Source: Candidatus Omnitrophota bacterium (GTDB taxonomy: Bacteria; Omnitrophota; Gorgyraeia; Zapsychrales; Zapsychraceae). From it: a stretch of DNA of 64,000 nt. The translations under genes and the position numbers were made by a program. Every line of letters begins with the position of its first letter. The first letter of the stretch is position 1. The DNA lies in the NCBI GenBank assembly GCA_020429915.1, contig JAGQKV010000018.1, forward strand, positions 133,770 through 197,769, in the 5' to 3' direction. Shown one piece after another: positions 7,580 to 15,137 of this stretch. Under the pieces are notes generated by a model, which saw nothing but the letters and a program-made list of their open reading frames with translations, ran no database searches and had not been told where the DNA came from.

Positions 7580-10500
7580 GATGTTGATGATAACGGGCAC
7601 AAAGCCGTTGATGTTGATGTTGTGCAGTTCCTGCGGCGTGAAATAAGTCGGCGTGAATACCCACTCTCCCTGAGTCCGCAATTCGTAGTTGGCCGGATTC
7701 AGGTCGATCCCCCCTTTGGTATCTTCGGTCAACAAGGCATTGTCGAGGATCTCCTGCATTAAGTCGCGGGCATTAAATAGCCAACTATCTCCCATGGTGA
7801 CCATCCTACTACCGGGCCGATTCATCCTTTCGATGCGCTCCTGGATAATCCGGTTAAAGGCCCGGATAATGTCGCGGTCGGCGTCCGACAACAAGGCCTT
7901 GTTGCGACTGAAGCGCATCAACGGATAAAGGCCCAAATCCCAATAGTCGTATCCGGAATTGCCGCTGGCCATCCAAGCCGTCAGGCGCGCAATCTTATTC
8001 AAATTGGCCTGCTTATGTCCGTCAAATACATGCGCAAAGTCCGGGCGGACGTCCTTGACACCCAGCTCCCAGAGCATATCGATAGCAACCTTACGCACTA
8101 GGAGATCGGTTGAACTCAGTGCCAGCTCAAGGGACGGGATTACCTGTTCCCGATCCACCGTTTCCAGCAAAAACTCTGACACGCGCAGGTGACGCGTGGC
8201 GTAATACTGGATGCGGGTCAGCGCCAATGCGGCGAGGACTCGCGATGAACGCTGCGGCGAATTCAATAACGGCGCCAGGTCCGCGAGTCCGTTGACATAT
8301 GTCTGTAATATCGCATCCGGCAAAACAGGATGCGTCGCGTACATTGGCCGATAGGTCCCGCGGGCGTTTAAGTCAATACGCGGTTGGATAAACAATAGGT
8401 CGGGCAAGACCAGACGGACCATGGAACCCAACACCCGCGCCGACTCGACGGCCACAGGCAGCGGATAATCTTTGCTACGATCCCTAAGACCGAGATTCGA
8501 TAGTAGTGTTTCTAACGAAGTACCGCCGGACCGCCGGGATAGCTCCGCAGGGTCGAGTCGATACAGCTGACGGTATTCTTCAATCATTGGACCAAAAACT
8601 TCTCTCCGACGGGTGTCGGCGTTGTATGCCGCGATATCCATGTAAATCTCTTGAATCTCCGCAACTGTCAAATCCTCATAACGGTTACTGGGGACCGACT
8701 GCGGGACTCCGGCGGTCCTCCGGGCGGTCAAACCGGGCGCGGTGCAGGCGGAACAGAGACCGACGACAGCCAACCCCAGGAAGGATCGGCGTGACATCTT
8801 GACGGCCTCTTCCGGACGAAAGCCTGAGTGCAGGGCGTTTCCGAAGGCGGCCGCCAACTGATCAAACAGTGTTGCCAAGTCCTCATCATCCGCAGAAACG
8901 ATGACCGCCTGGTCCGGAGTCTGCAGGGCGACAATGGCCTCAAGGAAATTGGTGATCACCACCGTCAGGCGCTCGCGGCGCACCTCGTCCCCCTTCAACA
9001 CACGCCGGGCTTCGGCCAGGATATCGTCGAATTCTTCCTTAAGCTTCCGACGCAAAGCACTCCGCTTTTCCTCTCCGGTGACGACCTTCCAATCTCCGTC
9101 TCTCACCCGGCCGTCGTCGATACGCGGCTGCAAGGTCTTATCACGCAGAAGACGGCCGTCTTCCCCGTTGTCCTCGATGACCTCACCGGTTTGTGGATTG
9201 CGTTCCCGCAGCAGAACATAACCCTGCTCGTAGCCGCCGGCCTTATCAAAACGGGCGCGGCGGATCGCATGGATCTTCTGAATACCGAACATATCCGCCA
9301 CCGCCCGGGCGTTCTTGGACATAGTGATCAACGCTCGGGCGTCGAATTGTCGGTTAACGTACAATGTTCGAAAAACGAGATCCGCCGTCGACAGGAACTT
9401 ATCGGCGTCCCGGACCACCAGGCTATCGGCGGCCGCACTGCCCGGCGCTTCCGGTTGCATCGGCCGATCACGCGTTGTGTCGATCTGCGTGTGGCGGACC
9501 GGATCCGGATAGACCGCCATGGCCGGATTGCCGTTCGGCGCAATCAGGATCCGGTCGCGGGCCGTGACTTCCTGGTCCATGGCGCGGGCCGAAATATTGT
9601 TGATAAACAAATGCGCCCGCGCGAAATCAAATTCTCCGTCACGGGTGAACAGCCGCGACCGGAGATCCTGCAGTCGAATCAGCCGGCGGTCCAGCGCCTC
9701 GCGATCTTCCGAACCAAGTCCCTCCTCCAGCTTGTCCCGCTCCAGTTTATAAATCCCGACATCCATCGCCAGGCGAAGAGCATCAATGAGCTGCGCCACG
9801 GTGTTGCCCGTGACATAGGGCCGGGACAACGGACCGGCCAGGTCGGCCAGCTCGTCGGCGATGACGACATCCAGCGTATTGCCCGGCAGTACAGAGCCGA
9901 GGGCATGCTTGATCACGGCGGCGGCGTCCCGGTTCATGATAAAGCGATCCCGTCCGTTGGCCAGAAAGGCCACGAATTCATCGGTGGTCAACGGCACGCC
10001 GACATACCCGAGGGCCTCGGCAAAGTTTTCATCAGCCAGTATCGCGTCGACCGCGCCGCGGTCGAATATCAAATAACTTTCCATCCCGTAGGGAGATTCC
10101 GTAGACGTCACCTTGACCCGGCCCAATCCGCGGTGATACGCTTCTTCCAAGATCATCTCCCGCCGCCGGGAACCGACTATCGCAAACGGCAACACGGCGA
10201 TGGGCGTTTCCCGACCGACCCGGCTCAAGTCCCGCGCTGATCGTACCAGCAGCGCGGCATCGGACTCATCCATAGCCTGCAGGGCATAAACGGCATCCAT
10301 GAAATTAGTCATCACGACCGTCATTCTCTCCCGGCGATGTTCCTCGCCATCCATGACGCGTTGCGCTTCGCTCATGACATCCTCAAACTCCTCCTGCAAT
10401 TTGGCATGCAGGGCCTCGCGCAACGCGCTTCCGGCGACGGTTATCCAGTCGCCTTCGCGAACCCGGCCGTTGTCGATGCGCGGCTGCAATGTGTTGTCGC

Positions 10501-12925
10501 GCAGCAGACGCCCCACCGGGCTGTTATCCTCGGTAATTTCGCCGGTGGCCGGATCACGCTCCCTTAAAAGGACAAACCCCTTCTCATAACCGCCGGACAT
10601 TTCCAATCGAGCTGCTCGTTGACCTTCGAAATTCGCAACGTTCATGGCATCCGCAATCGATTCGATTTGAGAGAGCATGATCCGCAACGAGTCCCGGTCA
10701 TATTTCTTATTAAGGTACAAAGCGCGGACGCTGGTGTTCGCCCGCTCCACAACCACCCGGACATTCCCCGCCAGTCGCACGCGGGCCGGTAGATACAGAC
10801 GCAGCAGATTCATGGTTTTTAGACCTACATCGCTCTTGCCCGGGACTCCAATCACGTTGGGGAAGGCCGTCATGACAAAGTTGCTCAACCGTGTCGGAAA
10901 CCAGTGGCCGTTGCCCAACTGATTGTCGCGGACAATCACCGGCAGGTCGGGATATGTCTCCCCCAATGCACGGGTGAATTGGATCCCGTTCATATCCGGC
11001 ATACTCACGTCAGTGATCACCATATCCGGACGGCGCTGTCCCACACTGGACAGTCCGGCGAGACCGCTGTCGGCCACGGTCACTTCGTAGCCCTCCTCTT
11101 CAATGCGGGCAATCAATTTTTCAACCTCACTGAAATTATCGTCCACCACGAGGACCAGCGGCTTACGGCCGTCGGCTTCACGGGGTTCGAAATGACGGCC
11201 GTTTCTCTCCGGCCAGTTTCGGGGATGACTGGTCAATTTCCGGGCCAATCCGGTGATGGTCTCATCGTCCGCAATGATCCCATACCCGATCACATTGTTC
11301 AGCAACACCAGTGTTCGGGTAGCCCGGCCGGTCTCGGTGACCGCATCCAGGACGGCGAGCAACAATTCCGCCGGCCGCATGCCCCGGAAGTTGTCCGTAT
11401 TACTTTCGTAAAGAAATGTGTAAAGCATGATTTGTTCGTACAGCGATTCTTTTTGCTCGGGAGCGGCGTCGATCAGGGCGTCGAGTCTGTTAACAATGGC
11501 CACCAGCTGCGCGGCGGTTTCATAACGCTTGCGCGGACGCAGCGGGCCGCGCTGCAGATCCCCGGGCAGACGGTCACGCGCTTCATCCCACAGATTGTAC
11601 CGGGGAAGCGCGGCCAACAATTCTTCTTTGAATCCCAGCGAGCGGACGGCGCGCCATTCCACTTCTTCAGTGACGCGGCCGAGCCTCCGGTCGAATTCGT
11701 CTTTGGACAGCATGGCTCCGTCACGCGCCTCCGTCACGCCGGCCCCGTCGGACAGGCGTTCTCCCTGAAACCGGTCCAGTATCACCGCGACGGTGCGGGC
11801 CCCTTCCAGGGTGTCACGCAGACGCTGCCGGCTCAACATCGATTCGTCAGTGGCGACTTGCACCTGTGCCTGCACGCCGCCGGAGAAATACTTGCGCGGC
11901 ACGGTGTGACGGGTCACGGGATCATAGTCTTCACGGATGTAGTCGTACACGCCCTTTTCAAACGCCGCGACATACTGCCGGTAGATCTTGCGGTTGATGT
12001 CGGCATCGGCCGTATCGACGCCGTCCGTCCTGGCCCGGTCGACATACACCTGACCGAGAAAACTTTCGCGCAAATTCTGTTTGTACCAACTCGCCAGAAT
12101 AACCGCGCTGAAGATCTGCCGCAGCGGCGCAAAGGTCCGGCCCGTATTCACCTCACGTTCGATTTCCGGAATAAGTACCTCACGCACGATATCGGCGGTG
12201 ATCCCGTTGTCACCATCGACGGCGCCGCTTTCGGCGTGATGTTCCGCCAGGCTGAGGTAATCCGATTCCAGCATGACCCGCAAATGAGAGTCAACCACAA
12301 ACACGGCTCCGTCATGCACATACACGGTGGCCGTCTGTGGAACGATCCAAACCTTATTGAAGGTGTTCATCGGGATGGCGGTGGTCCCGAAGCGCGCCTG
12401 CGCCTTTCGATACACACGCTCCCAAAACTCACGGCCGAGCTCCTCCTCCGGATACATGAGTGAGGCGGTGAGTTGCTTCAGGAGATAATCCTGGGCCAGC
12501 ATGTCACGGCCGAGACGTGTCCTGCCGAAGTCTGCGGGAATGATGCGGTCGGCTTCATAGGGTGACAAATTGACCCAGAGTTGATCTTCGGGCGTTGTCA
12601 ATGCGGCGAGAAAGTATTTGATGAGTTTATCGGATTCGTCCCGGAAGGCGGCATCATCCGCGGAAGCGTCGCCGGGATGGATCACGAATTCGAGCTTGAG
12701 CGGATTGCCTTCATCCAGCCGCATCCCGCGCATCAATGCCGGCTCGAAGCGGCCGGCCGGCTGCACCCGGGTCCCGGGCGCGGGCAGATCGAGTACGGTG
12801 GCGGGCTGAGCGGCACGGGCAGGAACCGGAGGCACAATCGTTCCCCAGACAAAGACCGCCGTGATCAACACGGACAAAATCTTGCGGCCACAGGAATCCC
12901 GCAATGTTCGTTCGAAAAGGGACAT
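7265..12925 (-). CDS. Giant multidomain secreted/membrane protein P1 (1886 aa): signal peptide, unknown N-terminal domain X shared with P2, REC domain, 2x repeated domain Y, internal Tat/lipobox-like segment, HEAT-like C-terminal region
   Basis: One uninterrupted frame of 5.66 kb. A random GC-rich frame would carry dozens of stops, so the open frame implies selection. The N-terminus is a signal peptide (KILSVLITAVFVWGTIVPPVPARAAQ). Residues ~45-350 are paralogous to the N-terminal domain of ORF 26102..29485, with shared blocks LWVNLSPYE..RIIP, DYLLKQLTASLMYPE, FNKVWI.P, LIPEIERE.N.G..FAPLRQI, SFLGQ.YVD, PR.YFSGG. The last ~100 aa are RQ-rich and low-complexity, antisense to the 6179..7579 gene, so the true 3' end is uncertain. 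Confidence 0.75.
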   Translation of the reverse strand: MSLFERTLRDSCGRKILSVLITAVFVWGTIVPPVPARAAQPATVLDLPAPGTRVQPAGRFEPALMRGMRLDEGNPLKLEFVIHPGDASADDAAFRDESDKLIKYFLAALTTPEDQLWVNLSPYEADRIIPADFGRTRLGRDMLAQDYLLKQLTASLMYPEEELGREFWERVYRKAQARFGTTAIPMNTFNKVWIVPQTATVYVHDGAVFVVDSHLRVMLESDYLSLAEHHAESGAVDGDNGITADIVREVLIPEIEREVNTGRTFAPLRQIFSAVILASWYKQNLRESFLGQVYVDRARTDGVDTADADINRKIYRQYVAAFEKGVYDYIREDYDPVTRHTVPRKYFSGGVQAQVQVATDESMLSRQRLRDTLEGARTVAVILDRFQGERLSDGAGVTEARDGAMLSKDEFDRRLGRVTEEVEWRAVRSLGFKEELLAALPRYNLWDEARDRLPGDLQRGPLRPRKRYETAAQLVAIVNRLDALIDAAPEQKESLYEQIMLYTFLYESNTDNFRGMRPAELLLAVLDAVTETGRATRTLVLLNNVIGYGIIADDETITGLARKLTSHPRNWPERNGRHFEPREADGRKPLVLVVDDNFSEVEKLIARIEEEGYEVTVADSGLAGLSSVGQRRPDMVITDVSMPDMNGIQFTRALGETYPDLPVIVRDNQLGNGHWFPTRLSNFVMTAFPNVIGVPGKSDVGLKTMNLLRLYLPARVRLAGNVRVVVERANTSVRALYLNKKYDRDSLRIMLSQIESIADAMNVANFEGQRAARLEMSGGYEKGFVLLRERDPATGEITEDNSPVGRLLRDNTLQPRIDNGRVREGDWITVAGSALREALHAKLQEEFEDVMSEAQRVMDGEEHRRERMTVVMTNFMDAVYALQAMDESDAALLVRSARDLSRVGRETPIAVLPFAIVGSRRREMILEEAYHRGLGRVKVTSTESPYGMESYLIFDRGAVDAILADENFAEALGYVGVPLTTDEFVAFLANGRDRFIMNRDAAAVIKHALGSVLPGNTLDVVIADELADLAGPLSRPYVTGNTVAQLIDALRLAMDVGIYKLERDKLEEGLGSEDREALDRRLIRLQDLRSRLFTRDGEFDFARAHLFINNISARAMDQEVTARDRILIAPNGNPAMAVYPDPVRHTQIDTTRDRPMQPEAPGSAAADSLVVRDADKFLSTADLVFRTLYVNRQFDARALITMSKNARAVADMFGIQKIHAIRRARFDKAGGYEQGYVLLRERNPQTGEVIEDNGEDGRLLRDKTLQPRIDDGRVRDGDWKVVTGEEKRSALRRKLKEEFDDILAEARRVLKGDEVRRERLTVVITNFLEAIVALQTPDQAVIVSADDEDLATLFDQLAAAFGNALHSGFRPEEAVKMSRRSFLGLAVVGLCSACTAPGLTARRTAGVPQSVPSNRYEDLTVAEIQEIYMDIAAYNADTRRREVFGPMIEEYRQLYRLDPAELSRRSGGTSLETLLSNLGLRDRSKDYPLPVAVESARVLGSMVRLVLPDLLFIQPRIDLNARGTYRPMYATHPVLPDAILQTYVNGLADLAPLLNSPQRSSRVLAALALTRIQYYATRHLRVSEFLLETVDREQVIPSLELALSSTDLLVRKVAIDMLWELGVKDVRPDFAHVFDGHKQANLNKIARLTAWMASGNSGYDYWDLGLYPLMRFSRNKALLSDADRDIIRAFNRIIQERIERMNRPGSRMVTMGDSWLFNARDLMQEILDNALLTEDTKGGIDLNPANYELRTQGEWVFTPTYFTPQELHNININGFVPVIINISPLTDIPLLLGTTGSDAVGPLSRRQADAQHRQRIHMYEDTGKDPGRSQAKHRLVDARQRPQANIHGDKRDDGDRGNETRRLSLPVHRQPDAQREERPQNMPITA
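8743..8797 (-). other. Internal Tat/lipoprotein-signal-like segment in P1 (MSRRSFLGLAVVGLCSAC) with an upstream SD-like sequence
   Basis: In-frame ATG at 8795-8797, preceded by GGAAGAGG with an ~8 nt spacer. It encodes a twin-arginine consensus S-R-R-x-F-L-G, a hydrophobic core and a lipobox L-C-S-A-C. The ~500 aa that follow are HEAT-like. Confidence 0.4.
8890..9405 (-). repeat. Internal duplication in P1, copy 2 of domain Y
   Basis: RTLYVNRQFDARALITMSK...RRARFDKAGGYEQGYVLLRERNPQTGEVIEDN..GRLLRDKTLQPRIDDGRVRDGDW...KLKEEFDDI..EARRVLKGDEVRRERLTVVITNF..A.VALQ. I estimate ~45-50% identity to copy 1 by eye. The copies are ~1.35 kb apart. Confidence 0.6.
10240..10755 (-). repeat. Internal protein-level tandem duplication in P1, copy 1 of a ~170 aa domain Y
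   Basis: Residues ~725-895 (RALYLNKKYDRDSLRIMLSQ...RAARLEMSGGYEKGFVLLRERDPATGEITEDN..GRLLRDNTLQPRIDNGRVREGDW...KLQEEFEDV..EAQRVMDGEEHRRERMTVVMTNF..A.YALQ) align with residues ~1175-1345. The duplication is also visible as two similar antisense ORFs in the track (10299..10589 and 8901..9221). Confidence 0.6.
10820..11170 (-). other. Embedded receiver (REC, CheY-like) domain inside P1, about aa 588-700
   Basis: KPLVLVVDDNFSEVEKLIARIEEEGYEVTVADSGLAGL...RPDMVITDVSMPDMNGIQF...LPVIV. It has the acidic pair (DD), the phospho-acceptor Asp (ITDVSMP) and the DMNG motif. The conserved Lys after beta5 is not obvious, so it may be degenerate. Confidence 0.6.
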
Positions 12926-12987
12926 AGTTTATGGCTTACATGCTCGCGCACGGAAGCGTATCTGATTCAGAATCTAAAGATTGGATA

Positions 12988-13030
12988 TGATTGGGGAATG
13001 GGTTGGTGTATTACTATGATTAATAGTATA
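12988..13030. promoter_or_regulatory. Upstream motif pair before P1: TGATTGGGGAAT (12988-12999) and ATGATTAATAGT (13016-13027)
   Basis: The same 12-mer TGATTGGGGAAT and a near-identical ATGATTAATA(T/G)T box recur upstream of paralog P2 at 29505-29516 and 29549-29560. Both are in the same orientation relative to the genes. This P1 intergenic region is noticeably AT-richer than its surroundings. Confidence 0.45.
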
Positions 13031-13125
13031 AGTCATTCAACCGCCGGAATCAACCGCGCGGAAGCGATCCGGACAGAACGTCATTACCTCTTTACTCGGA
13101 ACAATTTATGATGCGTAATCGGCCC

Positions 13126-13518
13126 TTACTCGGCTTCTTCCAGAGCGCATACCCCTCCATCACAAACTGGTTTCGGCACGGCGGCCGCGGGCCGGGCACA
13201 ATCCAGAATGGCGCCGTACTGAACCGCCGCCTTGTCATAGCACTGCCGGAACTCCTGATTGACCGGGGTAAATTGTCCGCACGGGACCATAACCACGGCG
13301 CAGTCTTCATCCTGTTCGCAATGGCGCACCGTTTCTTCCGTTAAGTCCAGGACGGCCTTGGCCATCGTGGTGTCCATACCCTGCAGCGACAGAAAGTCCG
13401 TGCAGACCTGATCGGCATTGTCGGCCTCCTGGGCGCCGGTTTTTCCACCATTGGCAATAAGCATGCCTGCGGCCGCGATAGCTGGTAACGTCGCGACGAT
13501 TACCCAACGTGATCTCAT
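13126..13518 (-). CDS. Small secreted Cys-rich protein (130 aa)
   Basis: The ATG at 13516-13518 has AAGGAG 6 nt upstream. A signal peptide (MRSRWVIVATLPAIAAAGMLIANG) is followed by a mature domain with 8 Cys (CTDF..HCEQDEDCAVVMVPCGQF..QCYD..LDCARP..PVCDGGVCALEE). It sits directly upstream of P1 on the same strand. Confidence 0.55.
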   Translation of the reverse strand: MRSRWVIVATLPAIAAAGMLIANGGKTGAQEADNADQVCTDFLSLQGMDTTMAKAVLDLTEETVRHCEQDEDCAVVMVPCGQFTPVNQEFRQCYDKAAVQYGAILDCARPAAAVPKPVCDGGVCALEEAE

Positions 13519-13564
13519 GGCATCTCCTTGTGAATCGGTTGCGTCTCCGGGCAGACAGTAAAAA

Positions 13565-14038
13565 CTAGGCCCGATATCCGTCAAGGTTAATTTCGAGGTA
13601 CGGTTCCTGTTCCGGCCAGTCGGTTTCAATCGTATCTTCGTCGATAATCTCCGGCATTTTGACCGGCTTCTCCGTCGTAGGCACGTCAGTCACCGTATCG
13701 GCGTACGCGGTATCCGTATCGAAAATCCGGTCGCGGGTCTCCACCATACGCTGCCCCACATACGTGGCGGGCAGCAGAAAAAACATCAGCACCAACCACG
13801 TGGTCCACAACAGCCAGAAATACTCCGCAAAACCGCGGCCGGTAATGGCGCGGTAGAAGGTCACAAACGGGATCGTCCCGTTGGCGCTGATAAAGGTGAT
13901 ACCCAGCGCCCACCCGATGTAAAACGTCAAATTCAGCGAAAAACCGGCATGCTCCATCAGCGCACCGATCGCCCCGAGACTGATCAGGCAAATCAACAAA
14001 CAATGCCAAGTCAGATTGCGGATGAAAGATTGTTTCAC
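13565..14038 (-). CDS. Hypothetical membrane protein (4 TM) with an acidic C-terminal tail; GTG start
   Basis: 157 aa with helices LTWHCLLICLISLGAIGAL, LTFYIGWALGITFI and YFWLLWTTWLVLMFFLL, then a D/E-rich tail. The start codon is GTG at 14036-14038. Confidence 0.45.
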   Translation of the reverse strand: MKQSFIRNLTWHCLLICLISLGAIGALMEHAGFSLNLTFYIGWALGITFISANGTIPFVTFYRAITGRGFAEYFWLLWTTWLVLMFFLLPATYVGQRMVETRDRIFDTDTAYADTVTDVPTTEKPVKMPEIIDEDTIETDWPEQEPYLEINLDGYRA

Positions 14039-14173
14039 GAAAGCTTTCCCAATTTACAGAATTGGCTCGGCAGGAAGTACGCTCCCCCGCCATGTCAGGA
14101 CCGCTGAGCGGATCCCTGTTTGAGATCTACTATAGCATACTTTTCCTACCCGGCTGGTCCCGGACATAACCCC

Positions 14174-14531
14174 TTAGTTGTCCACAACCGCCTGCTTTAA
14201 ACCGACGCGAGCGTCGGACAGGTCGGGCTTGTGGCGCAGGGCCGCGTCGATTTTCTCACGGCGTTCCTGCTGCTGGGCCAGCGAGATCAACGCCAGGTGA
14301 TTGCCGGGACTGACCGCCAGCCAGCGGGTACTGTAGCGCTCCTCATCCTGCCAGAACGCGACTTCTCGAGTATCTCCAGTCCCATCTCCAGTACCTCGCT
14401 GTCGGCGCATGCAGCGGAATGTTTTTCACATAGACGGGATCCCAGGGGATAATCAACCGGAAAACGGCCCAGCCGGTGAGGGTCAACCAATTGTCCAGAT
14501 AAGTCGTATAGCCGTAACCCAGTATGGTCAA
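14174..14531 (-). pseudogene. Possible frameshifted small gene (two overlapping minus-strand ORFs, 14343..14531 and 14174..14410)
   Basis: The N-part (MTILGYGYTTYLDNWLTLTGWAVFRLIIPWDPVYVK...) and C-part (...EVAFWQDEERYSTRWLAVSPGNHLALISLAQQQERREKIDAALRHKPDL...) are in different frames. The overlap lies at a short direct repeat tctccagtcccatctccagt (14372-14392), a slippage-prone site. Confidence 0.25.
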
Positions 14532-14534
14532 AGG

Positions 14535-15137
14535 TTATTCGATGGTCCGCCGCGCGTTAAGGGACATCGTCAAGGTGGACAGATCGGCGAACTCGAGGCT
14601 GCCGCCGACCGGGATGCCGAGGCCGATGCGGCTAACCCTGACGCCGAGCGGCTTGAGCTGTTTGGTGAGATACAGCGCGGTCATCTCGCCGTCGCTGTCG
14701 GGATCGGTGGCGAGCACCACTTCCTGCGTGCCTTCCTGGCCGACGCGGTCGAGCAGGTGCTGGACCTTCAGCTGCTCCGGCCCGCGGCCGTCGCCGGGCG
14801 AGATCGTCCCGAGCAACACATGGTACACTCCGCGGTAGGCGCCGGACTTTTCAATGGCCAGCACGTCTTTCGGGTCTTCGACCACACAGATCGTCTTCTG
14901 ATCACGGCCGGAGTCGTTGCAAACGGCGCACAGTTCCTGGTCACTTAAATGATTACAGCGCCGGCAGCAACGCAGGCCCGCCTTGAGCTGCACCAGATCA
15001 TCGGCGATGTGCCGCACTTCGGCGGCGTCCTGATCGAGCAGCCAAAAGGCCATGCGCTCGGCGCTGCGCCGGCCCACGCCGGGGAGTTTGCTGAGTTGGA
15101 AAATGACGTTCTCGAGGAGACGCGGGTAAGTACTCAT
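14535..15137 (-). CDS. recR: Recombination protein RecR
   Basis: 200 aa with a helix-hairpin-helix N-terminus (LSKLPGVGRRSAERMAFWLL), a C4 zinc finger (CRRCNHLSDQELCAVCN) and a Toprim domain. It overlaps the dnaX stop (ATGA). Confidence 0.9.
   Translation of the reverse strand: MSTYPRLLENVIFQLSKLPGVGRRSAERMAFWLLDQDAAEVRHIADDLVQLKAGLRCCRRCNHLSDQELCAVCNDSGRDQKTICVVEDPKDVLAIEKSGAYRGVYHVLLGTISPGDGRGPEQLKVQHLLDRVGQEGTQEVVLATDPDSDGEMTALYLTKQLKPLGVRVSRIGLGIPVGGSLEFADLSTLTMSLNARRTIE

Noticed and set aside
8828-10240. Long plus-strand ORFs (8828..10240 of 470 aa, 10904..12463 of 519 aa, and many 60-270 aa ORFs) inside the giant minus-strand gene
   Set aside because: Their translations are Arg/Gln/His/Pro-rich and low-complexity, with no motifs. 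They lie antisense to a frame with clear domains (REC, repeats, HEAT). High GC content produces such shadow ORFs.
8890-10755. Direct DNA repeats ~1.35 kb apart, considered as a CRISPR array, IS element or tandem gene duplication
   Set aside because: There are only two copies of ~500 nt each. Both are in-frame within one ORF and are diverged at the protein level (~45-50% identity by eye). There are no short regular repeat-spacer units and no transposase. This is an intragenic domain duplication.
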